Shown here piece after piece: positions 26,958 through 38,318 of a stretch of DNA of 64,000 nt. The notes under the pieces were generated by a model, which saw nothing but the letters and a program-made list of their open reading frames with translations, had not been told where the DNA came from and ran no database searches. The stretch spans positions 3,144,323-3,208,322 of the forward strand of contig OY762428.1 of the NCBI GenBank assembly GCA_963665665.1, given 5' to 3'. Within the stretch, counting starts at the first letter, position 1. The number at the start of each line of letters is the position of its first letter. A program made the position numbers and the translations under genes. The DNA comes from Candidatus Kapaibacterium sp. GTDB taxonomy: Bacteria; Bacteroidota; Ignavibacteria; Kapaibacteriales; UBA2268.

Positions 26958-27297
26958 AAGACCTTAGTATGGGATAGGTCTGAAAGTGAATTGGAATAAA
27001 CAAAAAACCTGACTTTAAAAAAATTACGTTGATACCGGATAATATCTGAACTTTTTATAGACATTGTCTGAAATAAATTATAACAACTTGTATATTAGCA
27101 ATTTGTTACAAATAATTGTTTTTGAATATGTTCAAGGCTATATTAAATTTATTACAATATAAAATAACATTTAAAATCTGATCTAATATCAGTTTAGTTA
27201 AAGGAATAATTACTGAGATTTCAACTTTTCTTCTTATATTATAATTCTTTAAAATATAGAAATTATATTGATTTGTTTGAAATATTGCAGGTATAAG

Positions 27298-28974
27298 ATG
27301 AAAAACGTTAAATTTTTAATTATCACTCTATTAGCATCTTTTGTTCTTTTCTCTTGCGGCAAAGGAGAAGATAAACCGGCGGAGGACACTAAAATGAACG
27401 AACAGACAGAATTACTAAAAGAAAGAGTCGGAATTTATGCCCCGACCAAAATATCAGCTGATATATCATATTTAACTGACAATCAGAAGAAGGTTATTGA
27501 TCTGCTTGTAAAAGCAGCCAAGCTTGCTGATGAAGTATTCTGGAAACAGACAGGTATTGATGCTATTCCGCTAAGGGATTCTCTTGCTGCATTGGACACA
27601 GAGAATGCTAAAGTTGCTCTTGAGTTCGTAAAGATAAACTATGGCCCTTACGATCTTCTTGAAGAAGGGAAGAGAATGCTTGGTAACGGCCCGGAGAAAA
27701 AACCGGCAGTAGCGAACTTCTATCCGCAGGATATGACAAAAACTGAATTCGAAAACTACGTTGTTGAACATCCGGAACAAAAAGATGCTCTGGAAAGCTA
27801 CTATACCATCGTCCGCCGTGACGGAGAAAAATTGAAAGCTATTCCTTATCATCAGGCTTATCCGGAACAAATGCAGATAGCTGAACTTCTGGACGAAGCA
27901 TCAGAGTTCGCAGAAAATCCTACATTGAAAAATTATCTTGTTGAAAAAGCAATTAGCCTGCGCCATGATACTTATTTTGCAAGCGATATGGCCTGGATGG
28001 AAATTGCCGACAATGATATTGATGTGATTATAGGCCCGACCGAAAATTACGAAGATGCACTTTTCAACTATAAAACTGCTTATGAAGCTGTAGTATTTGT
28101 TCGCGACAGGGAAGCATCGAAAGAATTGCAGATGTTCAAAGGCCATATTGATGAATTTGAAAAACGCCTGCCTTCCGAAAAGAAATATATTCGTGAATCA
28201 GTTGGCGGTGGAAATCACATACTGAATATTGTAAATGTATTATATTTTGCCGGTGATTGCCAGGCCGGATCAAAAACAATCGCCTGCAACCTGCCAAACG
28301 ATCCTGAAGTCAGGAAAGTAAAAGGCGGCAAGAACACTATGTACAAGAATATGATGGAAGCAAAATTTGATAAAATCGTTATTCCTATCGGCCAGGAAAT
28401 TCTTGCACCGGAAATTGCAGGTAATGTTGATAAAAAAGCTTTTATGAGCTTTGTTACATTGCATGAGATTTCCCATACGCTTGGTCGCGATTATGTTTAT
28501 GGAAACGATGAATTATCAGTAAGAAAAGCTTTAATGGAAAGATATTCGGCAATTGAAGAATGCAAGGCGGATATCGTTTCGATGTGCAATCACAAAAACC
28601 TGATTGATATGGGTGTATGGACGGAAGAATATGGCAAAAAAGCCATGGCTACGTATATTGCCGGCCTTTACCGCTCGCTTCGTTTCGGAGCTGAAGAAGC
28701 TCATGGCAAAGCAAATATTATTCAGCTTAACTTCCTGCGTGATAAAGGAGCTATCACTGTTGATGAGAACGGTAAATTTAACGTGAACGAAGAAATTTTC
28801 TTCGACAAATGCCGTGAACTGGCTAAACTTGTTCTTGAAATTGAAGCCAGAGGTGATTACGAAGCTGCCGGTAAAGTTCTTGCAGAATACGGGCAGATCA
28901 ATGACGAGATAAAATCAAACATTGATAAGCTGAAAGGTATTCCGAGGGATTTAAACACAACTTATGAATATTGA
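27298..28974 (+). CDS. Zinc metallopeptidase-like lipoprotein (HExxH...EECxAD; possibly DPP III/M49-related). The ORF track starts at 27268; the likely start is MKNVKF.
   Basis: Signal plus lipobox (LFSCGKG); VTLHEISHTLG and IEECKADIVSM resemble the paired zinc-binding motifs of DPP3-like hydrolases. Confidence 0.4.
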   Translation: MKNVKFLIITLLASFVLFSCGKGEDKPAEDTKMNEQTELLKERVGIYAPTKISADISYLTDNQKKVIDLLVKAAKLADEVFWKQTGIDAIPLRDSLAALDTENAKVALEFVKINYGPYDLLEEGKRMLGNGPEKKPAVANFYPQDMTKTEFENYVVEHPEQKDALESYYTIVRRDGEKLKAIPYHQAYPEQMQIAELLDEASEFAENPTLKNYLVEKAISLRHDTYFASDMAWMEIADNDIDVIIGPTENYEDALFNYKTAYEAVVFVRDREASKELQMFKGHIDEFEKRLPSEKKYIRESVGGGNHILNIVNVLYFAGDCQAGSKTIACNLPNDPEVRKVKGGKNTMYKNMMEAKFDKIVIPIGQEILAPEIAGNVDKKAFMSFVTLHEISHTLGRDYVYGNDELSVRKALMERYSAIEECKADIVSMCNHKNLIDMGVWTEEYGKKAMATYIAGLYRSLRFGAEEAHGKANIIQLNFLRDKGAITVDENGKFNVNEEIFFDKCRELAKLVLEIEARGDYEAAGKVLAEYGQINDEIKSNIDKLKGIPRDLNTTYEY

Positions 28975-29067
28975 AATTACAATGACAAAAACATTTAAAT
29001 TATTTATTTTGATTTGTTGCCAACAGGCAACATTGAAGTATGAGGTAAAAAATAATAAGGAGAAACG

Positions 29068-30141
29068 ATGTCTCAGTTTAAAATAACAAAAGCGACCGAT
29101 ACGCGGATAAATGATATTGATTACAATAATCTCGGCTTTGGAAAATATTTTTCCGATCACATGTTCGTTACAAAATTCTCGGATGGTAAATGGGATGAAG
29201 GTGAAATAAAGCCCTACGGTAAGATTGAAATAGAACCGGCAATGTGCACTTTGCATTATGGCCAGGCTTTGTTCGAAGGGCTTAAAGCATTCAGATCTGC
29301 AAAAGGAGGGGTTAATCTTTTCCGGCCCGAGAAAAATGGCGAAAGAATGAACAATTCCGCTGAAAGGATTTGCATTCCAACCTATGATATTGATACAATG
29401 ATCGATGCAATATCCGAACTCGTAAAAATCGATATCAATTTCATCCCAAAGGAACGGGGCCATTCACTGTACATACGTCCTGTTATGTTTGGTGACGGCA
29501 ATTTTCTTGGTGTTCATGCCAGTGACACTTACCAATTGATAATTATGACCGGCCCGGTATCTTCCTATTATCCGGAAGGTATTAAGCCGGTGAAAATCAT
29601 GGTTTGCGATGAATATGTACGCGCAGCAAAAGGCGGAACCGGGTATGCAAAAGTTGCCGGAAATTATGCAGCTTCTCTGCTTGCCGGCAAAAAAGCCCAG
29701 GCTGCGGGATTTTCTCAGGTACTTTGGCTTGATGCTATTCACAGGGAGTATGTGGATGAAGTCGGCGCCATGAACATAATGTTCGTTATTGGAGATGAAC
29801 TTATTACTCCGACACTTGAAAACGGAACAATACTTCCCGGCGTTACAAGGAATTCGGTGCTTACACTTGCAAAAGAGTGGGGTATGAAGGTAAGCGAAAG
29901 GCCTTTGAGCATTAACGAAATTACCTCAGCTTCTTCTGACGGCACTCTGAAGGAATGCTTCGGAACAGGAACTGCTGCCGTGATTTCTCCTGTTGGGCTG
30001 CTGAATTACAAAGGCGAAGAGATAATTGTTAATAATCAGGAAATTGGCCCGGTAGCACAAAAACTTTACGATACGCTTACCGGCGTTCAGTATGGCGAAA
30101 TTGAAGATACCCGAGGCTGGATAACTCATATTGACGTATAA
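29068..30141 (+). CDS. ilvE: Branched-chain amino acid aminotransferase (fold type IV)
   Basis: FSDHMF...EGLKAFR...GGTGYAKVAGNYAASL...PGVTR are BCAT-family motifs; 357 aa. Confidence 0.85.
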   Translation: MSQFKITKATDTRINDIDYNNLGFGKYFSDHMFVTKFSDGKWDEGEIKPYGKIEIEPAMCTLHYGQALFEGLKAFRSAKGGVNLFRPEKNGERMNNSAERICIPTYDIDTMIDAISELVKIDINFIPKERGHSLYIRPVMFGDGNFLGVHASDTYQLIIMTGPVSSYYPEGIKPVKIMVCDEYVRAAKGGTGYAKVAGNYAASLLAGKKAQAAGFSQVLWLDAIHREYVDEVGAMNIMFVIGDELITPTLENGTILPGVTRNSVLTLAKEWGMKVSERPLSINEITSASSDGTLKECFGTGTAAVISPVGLLNYKGEEIIVNNQEIGPVAQKLYDTLTGVQYGEIEDTRGWITHIDV

Positions 30142-30258
30142 TTCCAGTTTATTTTTTATTTTTAATAAGCCGGGTTTTAAAATCCGGCTTTTTTTTATTT
30201 TTTTTAAATATTTTTTTTTATATTCTTTAAAAGTAACCATCAACCTCACGGGTTAATT

Positions 30259-33186
30259 ATGACTCCTGAAGAGAATAAAATAAAAAAATTGGAAACCGAA
30301 ATAGAACAATTGAAACAGGAAATAGAAAGCCTGAGAACTACACGATTTCCGGATAAGATTAATTCCGTTTCCGAATTATTGAAATTTATATATGATTCAG
30401 CTCAGTTTGGTATCGGTATTGCTGATCCTGATATGAACATAATCTATTTGAACAACTACTTTCTTGATTTGCTTGGCTATAAGATGGATGAGCTTATAGG
30501 AAAGAATGTATCAACATTTCACGATTCTGAAACACTTGCCTTTATGAATAAGTCCAGGGAGGAAATGGCCGATTCCGGCAAGAGTTTTGCCCGGCAGGTT
30601 CCACATTTGAAAAAGAATGGTGAAATAGTTCAGATGCTTTTAAAACCGGTTATTTTTAAAAATAACGAGGGAGAAATAATTTATTATGCTACAACTGCTC
30701 TGGACCTGACAGAATTACTGGAACTAAATAACCAGCTTGAGGAAAGAGAAATTCATTTCAGGTCTATTTTTGAGAATTCAAATTTTGCCATTGCTTTTAC
30801 TGATAATAATTTGAAAATCCAATTTGTAAATGATGCATTTATCAGCTTGTTTGGCTATACTATCGAAGAAATGAAAAAAATCGGTATTAAAGGAATTTCT
30901 CACCCGGATGACTTTGAAGAAGACATTAAATTTTTGCGAAAGATCCGAAGTGAGGAATCCAGTAAATATTCTTTGGAAAAAAGGTATATAAGGAAAAACG
31001 GAGAAGTGTTCTGGGGGAAAATTACCGTTTCGTTAGTAAGGGACAAAGAAGGCAGAATGAGTAATATCCTTGGAATTATTGAAGATATCGGGGAAAGGAA
31101 GAGAAAAGAAAAATATATTCATAGCCTTAACGACCGCCTGCTAATGGCTTTGAGCCTTAGTAATATGATTATTTGGGAGATTGATTTGATACGTGGAAAG
31201 GTATCGCAATATCTTTCATCAAATAATCAGATAAATGATAATTTTCATCTTAATTCCAGTGTTAAATCTTTGCTGCGCGGTATCCACGAGGAAGATAAAA
31301 ATAAAGTTTACGACAGTATAAGACTAATAATTGATAAACATCAAATATTAAACGAAGAATACAGGTTTACATTTCCAACCGGCGAAACGCACTGGCTGCA
31401 ATCTTTTGCACGGCCTGTTGAAATACAGGAGGGTGTTGTTTCAAGAATTCTCGGGGCATCCTGGATTATTACCGACAGGAAGGAAACGGAGCTTTTCCTG
31501 CAAATGAGCCAGGAAAAATATAGTAGTATTGTTGAAAATTCAAGGGATTGTATAGTCAGGTTCGATCGGGATAGGAGACATATTTTTGCGAACCATTCAG
31601 CACTTGAAAATCTGGATCTGAAATTAGAAAATATTTTGGGGCAGAGAATTGATTCAGCAGGATTTTCTGAAAAAACAGTTGATCTGATGAATAACAAAAT
31701 TGATGAGTTATTTACAACGAGAGAATCCCAGCAACTTATTTTTGAATGTGACCTGAATGACTGCCGAAAAGTATTCGACTGGAGGATACATCCTGAATAT
31801 GATGAAAACAAGGAAATAAAATCTATTCTTGCTGTTTCAAGAGACATTACAAAGCAAAAGGAATATGAAAATAACCTAAAGGAATCCAGAGAAAACGAAG
31901 CTTTGATGCATTCTATTGTTTCAGAATTTTTGATGCATTCCGACGAAAAGGTTTATGATGCTGTACAAGATATCCTGTTGGAAAAATTTGATTGTAAATA
32001 CGGGTTGTTCGGATTTATTGATGATGACGGGAACCTTGTTCTACCAACACTGTCTACTGAAATATGGGATGTTTGCCGGGTAGAGGATAAAAAGATAACT
32101 TTTGAACCCAAACAGTGGGGAGGGCTTTGGGGCAGATCGCTGAATGAAAAAAAAGTGCTGGTTCAAAATTCCGGCTTGAAAGTACCAATAGGCCATATCA
32201 GGCTTAAAAATGCAATTTCAGTACCGATTATATTCAAAGACGATGTTATTGGTTTGTTGCTATTAGCAGATAAATATTGTGATTTTGATGATACTGATGT
32301 TCTTAGAATGAAAGAAATTGCTGAATATATTGCTCCTGTGCTGTCGGCCAGGCTGGATACTGAAACTCTTAGCCGGCAGCGGGATCTGGCTGAACAGGAA
32401 ATTCAGAAAATGAATGTGGAGCTGGAACAGAAGGTCATTAACCGGACTATCGAGCTTAAAGAAACTAACCAGAGGCTTGAATTTGCCCTGGAAAAAGAGA
32501 AAAACCTGAATTCTATGAAAAGCCAGTTTATAAATATGGTATCGCACGAATACAGAACCCCGCTAACAGTTATCATGTCGTCTGCTCATCTTATTGACAA
32601 ATTTATAGAGAATGATAAAATTGATAAGATTGGCAATCATACATTAAAAATAAAAAGATCTGTTGATAATATGATAAGCCTGATTGAAGATGTGGTTAAC
32701 GTTGGCAAATCCACAGACAAGAAATTAAAAACAAATTTAATCGATATCAATATACTTGCAGAGTTAGAAGATTTAATTAATGAGTTAAAAAGTGCAAATC
32801 ATAAGAATCATAACTTTATCATTGATGCTGAAGATATCAAATTCAGAACCGATCGCAAACTTTTTAAATTAATTTGTTATAATATTATTTCAAATTCAAT
32901 AAAGTATTCTCCTGAAAAAACTACTATAGAATTGAAAGCTATATGCGATTCAGAAGGCCTGGTAATTACTTTTATTGATCAGGGTATTGGATTTACGGAC
33001 GAGGATATGAAAAATCTTTATGAACCTTTTTACAGAAATAAAAACCACATCGGCACAATACCCGGAACCGGGCTTGGTATGACTATCATCCAGCAATCTG
33101 TAGAAGCCCTGAACGGTAATTTTGCCATCAACAGTGCTCCCGGGCAGGGTACTAAAATTTTGCTTATGCTTCCGGCTGTGAAGTAG
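30259..33186 (+). CDS. Multi-PAS/GAF sensor histidine kinase
   Basis: N-terminal coiled coil, several PAS/PAC-like blocks, HisKA (MVSHEYRTPLTVI) and HATPase_c (GTGLGMTII...G.GT). Confidence 0.8.
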   Translation: MTPEENKIKKLETEIEQLKQEIESLRTTRFPDKINSVSELLKFIYDSAQFGIGIADPDMNIIYLNNYFLDLLGYKMDELIGKNVSTFHDSETLAFMNKSREEMADSGKSFARQVPHLKKNGEIVQMLLKPVIFKNNEGEIIYYATTALDLTELLELNNQLEEREIHFRSIFENSNFAIAFTDNNLKIQFVNDAFISLFGYTIEEMKKIGIKGISHPDDFEEDIKFLRKIRSEESSKYSLEKRYIRKNGEVFWGKITVSLVRDKEGRMSNILGIIEDIGERKRKEKYIHSLNDRLLMALSLSNMIIWEIDLIRGKVSQYLSSNNQINDNFHLNSSVKSLLRGIHEEDKNKVYDSIRLIIDKHQILNEEYRFTFPTGETHWLQSFARPVEIQEGVVSRILGASWIITDRKETELFLQMSQEKYSSIVENSRDCIVRFDRDRRHIFANHSALENLDLKLENILGQRIDSAGFSEKTVDLMNNKIDELFTTRESQQLIFECDLNDCRKVFDWRIHPEYDENKEIKSILAVSRDITKQKEYENNLKESRENEALMHSIVSEFLMHSDEKVYDAVQDILLEKFDCKYGLFGFIDDDGNLVLPTLSTEIWDVCRVEDKKITFEPKQWGGLWGRSLNEKKVLVQNSGLKVPIGHIRLKNAISVPIIFKDDVIGLLLLADKYCDFDDTDVLRMKEIAEYIAPVLSARLDTETLSRQRDLAEQEIQKMNVELEQKVINRTIELKETNQRLEFALEKEKNLNSMKSQFINMVSHEYRTPLTVIMSSAHLIDKFIENDKIDKIGNHTLKIKRSVDNMISLIEDVVNVGKSTDKKLKTNLIDINILAELEDLINELKSANHKNHNFIIDAEDIKFRTDRKLFKLICYNIISNSIKYSPEKTTIELKAICDSEGLVITFIDQGIGFTDEDMKNLYEPFYRNKNHIGTIPGTGLGMTIIQQSVEALNGNFAINSAPGQGTKILLMLPAVK

Positions 33187-33275
33187 GTATTATCTAAATG
33201 TAACTTTTCAGGCTATAAAATGTTGGAATAACAAATTGGGAATTGTTTTTTAAATAAATTTTAAGCGGAATAAAT

Positions 33276-36200
33276 ATGAAAACAAATTTAAGAATTTTAT
33301 TTTTTACAGTAATTTTTAGTACTTTTTTATCATCTTATAGCAGTGATAAGGTATATTCACAAGAATTTTGGAGCAAATCAATGGCTCCTGCCCCAAAACA
33401 TGTTACATCCTTGCAGGTTGACAGCGAGGATGTGCTTTATGCTTCTACCTGGGGCGGGGGAATGTTCCGCTCGCTTAATGACGGTGAAAGTTTTACTGAA
33501 TTGAACAACGGGCTGGATAATCTTTTTATAAATGATATTTTTGTTGACAGTGACGATAATGTTTGGGTAGGTAGCGAAGGCGGCGGAGTTTACAAACTTC
33601 CTGAAGGTACGTTGGACTGGGAGCAGATGGATGAAGGGCTTCGGCATAAAAAGGTCAGGGCAGTTACGGTAAATTCCGACGGACTGGTATTTGCAGGTAC
33701 TTATGGCGGCGGAGTTTATGTATGGAACTCAGTTGATTCAAAATGGGAAGAATGGAATATTGGCCTTCATTACATGAATATCAGCGAACTGTTTATTGCA
33801 GATAATGGCGATGTAGTTGCAGGTACTTACGGTGGTGGCTGCTATATTTCGGAAGATGACGGTATAAACTGGGCCAAAGCGAATTCCGGGTTGGGGAATT
33901 TATATATTAACCAGATAATTATGAATTCTTCGGGGGTGTTGTTCGCTGCAACAAATGGCAGGGGAATTGCCACATCTGTAAATAACGGGCTTTTCTGGAC
34001 TGAAACAGATACTGTTATGACAGACCTTAGTATTACATGTTTGGCTCTTAACGAAAGCAACGACCTGGTTGCCGGTTCCCGCACTGACGGGGTTTATTGG
34101 TTTGACGGCAGATCCTATATGGAATGGCTGCAATCGTCAATAATCAGGGGCGGAGTTACGGCCATGACTGTCAATTCCGACGGAGTGCTGTTCTGCACAA
34201 GGTCAAACTATGGCCTGTATATTAGTTCGGATAAGGGCAAAACCTGGGATTGGACAGAGTTGTTTTATGATGATGGCGGCTATGTTGCTTCATCGGACGA
34301 TACAAGGAAGAGTAAAGTTTTTGCACATAGAAAATATGATAAAACGTGGGTGACTTTTGATAACGGGAATAGCTGGCAGGGAACAACTTTACCTGATTCA
34401 AATATAATTGATTATGCAATCGACGAAAATGGATATGTTTATGCTGCCACAGAATTTTCAGGGCTTTACAAAACCGAGGACAACGGACAGACCTGGAATT
34501 ATCTTGAATATAACCAGAAAAGACTCAGCAGTGTGGCTGTAAACAGGGATGACGAGGTTTTTGTTTCAGGCTTATACATGACCGCAGGCTCCCAGCCCGA
34601 ACAAAGAACATTTATTGACAGGTCAACAGATAATGGAAGCACGTGGGAAAAAATCGATCAGCTTAATAACGAAGAAGAGGCAGTTGATATTCATATAAAA
34701 CCGGGGGGAGATATTTACTATGGAAGAAAACGAGGCGGAGTTGACAAATCAACAGATAATGGAACAACATGGACTACTCTTTCCGATATTAATTCAACCG
34801 GCTTGATCAATGCTTTCAAGATGAACAAAAAAGGATATATTTTTACCGGTAATTATGATTACCTGCATTGGAGTACTGATGATGCAGCTAATTGGGAAAT
34901 GAGCAATCTTGGAATGAGTACTCCTGAAATATCAGACATCTGCTTTAATACTTCCGACGAGATGTTCCTGATATGTGATTATGATGGCGGTATTTACCAT
35001 ATTGAAAATTCATCTATGGAATGGGATTCATCAAATGCAAGTATCTATTACGACAAGCTGAACAGCCTGGGAACAAATTCCGAAGGATATACTTTCCTTT
35101 GTTCAGATGTTATCTACCGTTCTATTGATCCGGCAAAACTTGAAGTGCCGCAATTATTATCTCCGGCATCCAACACCACAGGTATCCACATTGAAAACCT
35201 CCGGCTTGACTGGAATGCCGCTGATAATGCTGACCTATACGAATTCCAGGTATCAACAAACGATGATTTTACTTTCCGGATAGAGTATGTTGTTCAGGCG
35301 GATACTTTCAGAATACTGAACAGAACACTGGATAATAACACGGAATATTACTGGCGTGTAAGGTCAAAATTCAACAGCGCATACAGTGATTGGTCGGAAG
35401 TAAGAACTTTCCGGACAGAAATTGCTGCTCCTGAATTAATCTTCCCTGAAAATAATGCTACGGGAATAGCACAGGCTATCGAGCTTCTTTGGCATTGGCC
35501 GGACGGAGCTGAAACCTTTACGTTGAAAGTCAGCCCCAACAGCGACATGAGTGAAGAGATCATATTTGAAGAAGGTATTGAGGACAGCACTAAGATGATC
35601 AGTGGCCTGCAACCATATAAAAATTATTACTGGATGGTTAAAGCTTTCGACGAAGTAAGCGAAAGCCCATGGTCGGCAACATGGACATTCCGCACAGTTG
35701 TAGCTCCTCCCGTGCTCCGTAGCCCGGCTGATGATACATTGAACCTGAACCGGTCTGTTACAATGGAATGGTTTGAATCAACCGGCGCTGACAGATATAT
35801 TATTCAGGTAGCGAGGGACAGCCTGTTTGAAAGTATGGTATATAATGGAAATAGTTCGGAACTACTGTCGCATAATATTGATATTCTTGAGTTTAATGCT
35901 GTTTACTATTGGAAAGTCCAGGCCGGGGATAAAGATGCTTACGGGCTATTTTCAGATACCTGGAAATACACAACAGCTTATGCTCCTGTTGTGCTTACCG
36001 GGCCAGATAATGATATTATTAATACTGATACAAGCCTTGTCCTTACATGGCAGTATGAAATTGATGACTTAAAATATCATTTGCAAATTGCCAAGGATGC
36101 GGGATTCAACGATATGATCCTTGATGATACTCTCGAAACCATGTATTCTTATAATCTGAACGACCTGGAATATTATCAGGAATATTACTGGCGTATAAGA

Positions 36201-36827
36201 GTAATTAACGGCGACAGAATTGGCCTGTGGCCTGATTCAAGAAAGTTCAGAACCAGGCTTGGCCGCCCGGAACTTGATTATCCGGCTTATGATGCAAAGG
36301 AAATTGCTCTGACAATGTATGTTCGCTGGCTGGAACTGAAAGGAGCTGATTATTACAGGTTGCAGCTATCCACCGATCCCCTTTTCAATAATCCCGAGCA
36401 TGACATGGATTCAATTGAAATACAAAGAGGCGATTTCTGGTCTCTTCCAAAGAATACAAAGCATTACTGGCGGGTAAAAGGCTTTAACTCCGATGGTGAA
36501 GGACTGTGGTCGGAAACTTGGAACTTTACAACAGGAGACCCCGGAAGTGTTGTTGAAAAGCCTGCCGGAATTAGTGAAATGAAAATTTATCCCAACCCAT
36601 TCCAGTCATCTGTTTCGATAAACCTGACTGCGGCTATACCAATGAATATTGATATTGATATTGTTGATATGAGCGGGCGCGTGGTCAGATCATTACATTC
36701 GGGATACCTGAACAGCGGTGATACTGAATTAAGATGGGAACCCTCGGGATTATCCGGAGGAGTTTATTATATACGAATGCAAAGCGGATCTGATATGAGT
36801 CTTTATAAGCTTAACTATATGCCGTAA
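33276..36827 (+). CDS. Large secreted BNR/Asp-box beta-propeller plus fibronectin-III-like repeat protein with a type-A T9SS C-terminal domain
   Basis: Many SxDxGxTW-type motifs (SEDDGINW, STDNGSTW, TEDNGQTW...). Repeated ~90-aa W/Y-rich FN3-like modules. C-terminal KIYPNPFQSSVSINL...GVYYIRMQSG. Confidence 0.6.
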   Translation: MKTNLRILFFTVIFSTFLSSYSSDKVYSQEFWSKSMAPAPKHVTSLQVDSEDVLYASTWGGGMFRSLNDGESFTELNNGLDNLFINDIFVDSDDNVWVGSEGGGVYKLPEGTLDWEQMDEGLRHKKVRAVTVNSDGLVFAGTYGGGVYVWNSVDSKWEEWNIGLHYMNISELFIADNGDVVAGTYGGGCYISEDDGINWAKANSGLGNLYINQIIMNSSGVLFAATNGRGIATSVNNGLFWTETDTVMTDLSITCLALNESNDLVAGSRTDGVYWFDGRSYMEWLQSSIIRGGVTAMTVNSDGVLFCTRSNYGLYISSDKGKTWDWTELFYDDGGYVASSDDTRKSKVFAHRKYDKTWVTFDNGNSWQGTTLPDSNIIDYAIDENGYVYAATEFSGLYKTEDNGQTWNYLEYNQKRLSSVAVNRDDEVFVSGLYMTAGSQPEQRTFIDRSTDNGSTWEKIDQLNNEEEAVDIHIKPGGDIYYGRKRGGVDKSTDNGTTWTTLSDINSTGLINAFKMNKKGYIFTGNYDYLHWSTDDAANWEMSNLGMSTPEISDICFNTSDEMFLICDYDGGIYHIENSSMEWDSSNASIYYDKLNSLGTNSEGYTFLCSDVIYRSIDPAKLEVPQLLSPASNTTGIHIENLRLDWNAADNADLYEFQVSTNDDFTFRIEYVVQADTFRILNRTLDNNTEYYWRVRSKFNSAYSDWSEVRTFRTEIAAPELIFPENNATGIAQAIELLWHWPDGAETFTLKVSPNSDMSEEIIFEEGIEDSTKMISGLQPYKNYYWMVKAFDEVSESPWSATWTFRTVVAPPVLRSPADDTLNLNRSVTMEWFESTGADRYIIQVARDSLFESMVYNGNSSELLSHNIDILEFNAVYYWKVQAGDKDAYGLFSDTWKYTTAYAPVVLTGPDNDIINTDTSLVLTWQYEIDDLKYHLQIAKDAGFNDMILDDTLETMYSYNLNDLEYYQEYYWRIRVINGDRIGLWPDSRKFRTRLGRPELDYPAYDAKEIALTMYVRWLELKGADYYRLQLSTDPLFNNPEHDMDSIEIQRGDFWSLPKNTKHYWRVKGFNSDGEGLWSETWNFTTGDPGSVVEKPAGISEMKIYPNPFQSSVSINLTAAIPMNIDIDIVDMSGRVVRSLHSGYLNSGDTELRWEPSGLSGGVYYIRMQSGSDMSLYKLNYMP

Positions 36828-36846
36828 TCGTTTAGTTATTGAGTAC

Positions 36847-36890
36847 AAATCTCCTTTCGGTGATCGTCCGGAAGGAGGTTTGTTCGTTTT
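36847..36890 (+). terminator. Hairpin terminator after the 1183-aa gene
   Basis: aaatctcctttc...ggaaggaggttt 12-bp stem (2 G-U pairs) followed by gttcgttttt. Confidence 0.5.
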
Positions 36891-37406
36891 TAGAGATCCT
36901 GGTATTGACAGGCGGTATACGGCTGATACGATTTGCGTGGCCATAAAAGTCATGCCTTTTACCTGAAAGCCACATCTTCGCAAACCCCTGTGAAAATGCC
37001 CTGAATATTGAATATTCCCTGATAGAATTAAGACAGATTTAATTCTCCCGGTGAATCTGTTTAAAAAATTATTTTCAGCAAACAACGAATCAACCGGGCA
37101 CAACAAGTTCAAAGCAGTTATAATCAATCTTGCCAAAGGCGTTTACTGAGTAATCCTGAAAACATCGAGCCGGCTTTTTTATTGGTAAGCTTACGGTGAT
37201 TATGCAGGGATATGAGAAACTTTTATATTTCAATATTCATAGTAATTAACTGGCTTCAATATTTCTTATAATACTGCTTTAAAATTAAAATTTTTAAAAA
37301 AAACAACAAAAAATGATATAAATTTTCAGGTGCTATTGATTTTATAGTGAAAATTAGATAATTTATAGGAGACAAAAATAATAATAGTTTTTTATAGGAA
37401 AATTTT

Positions 37407-37763
37407 ATGTTTCTTGAATATTTGCCCCTGATACTAATGTTAGTTATCGGATTTGTCATTGGATTCGCCTTTCTTTTTGGTTCCGAATACCTTGGTGCCA
37501 GGCGCGATACTCCCGGCAAACGAACAACTTACGAAAGCGGTATGATACCCTGGAAAAGCGCAAGGGATCGTTTCTCAGTAAAATTTTACCTGGTAGCGAT
37601 GCTGTTTATTTTGTTTGATATAGAAATTGTTTTCATGTATCCCTGGGCTTTGCAGATCAATGAGCTTGGTGTTACCGGGCTTGTAGCCATGATTTTGTTT
37701 ATTGTTCTGCTGCTTGCAGGCTATCTGTATGTAATCAAGAAGGGAGCATTGAAATGGGAATAG
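37407..37763 (+). CDS. nuoA: NADH-quinone oxidoreductase subunit A
   Basis: 118 aa with 3 TM; the LILMLVIGF...[22 protein letters not shown] pattern is typical of NuoA/NdhC. Confidence 0.8.
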   Translation: MFLEYLPLILMLVIGFVIGFAFLFGSEYLGARRDTPGKRTTYESGMIPWKSARDRFSVKFYLVAMLFILFDIEIVFMYPWALQINELGVTGLVAMILFIVLLLAGYLYVIKKGALKWE

Positions 37764-38290
37764 ATAAAGCACTTGAAAAACAGGGATTTATAACAACTTC
37801 CGTGGACTGGTTAGTGAAATGGGCTCAGAAGAATTCAGTATGGCCGATGCCGCTTGGCATATCCTGCTGCGGTATTGAAATGATGGCTTTTGCCAGCCCG
37901 CGATTCGATGTGGCAAGATTTGGCTCTGAAGTATTCAGGATGACACCGAGGCAGTCCGACCTGCTGCTGGTTGCTGGAACCGTTACATACAAAATGGCAT
38001 GGGTTGTAAGAAAAATTTATGATCAGATGCCTGACCCGAAATGGGTGGTATCAATGGGTGTTTGTGCTTCCACCGGAGGTATGTTCCGTAGCTATCCGGT
38101 TGTTCAGGGAGTTGACCAGTTCCTGCCTGTTGACGCTTATATTGCGGGATGCCCGCCAAGGCCGGAAGCGGTAATTGATGCACTTATGCTGATTCAGGAC
38201 AAGATTAAAAAAGAACATAAGCCTGATATTATCAATTTTGGTAAAAATGTATCAAAAATGCCAACTCAGGAAAATACGAGTATTTTTTAA
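37754..38290 (+). CDS. nuoB: NADH-quinone oxidoreductase subunit B
   Basis: [13 protein letters not shown]...GCPPRPE with the Fe-S (N2) cluster-ligating cysteines; overlaps the nuoA stop. Confidence 0.85.
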   Translation: MGIDKALEKQGFITTSVDWLVKWAQKNSVWPMPLGISCCGIEMMAFASPRFDVARFGSEVFRMTPRQSDLLLVAGTVTYKMAWVVRKIYDQMPDPKWVVSMGVCASTGGMFRSYPVVQGVDQFLPVDAYIAGCPPRPEAVIDALMLIQDKIKKEHKPDIINFGKNVSKMPTQENTSIF

Positions 38291-38318
38291 CCCTATGTAC
38301 ATAGATCGACACGTTCCA

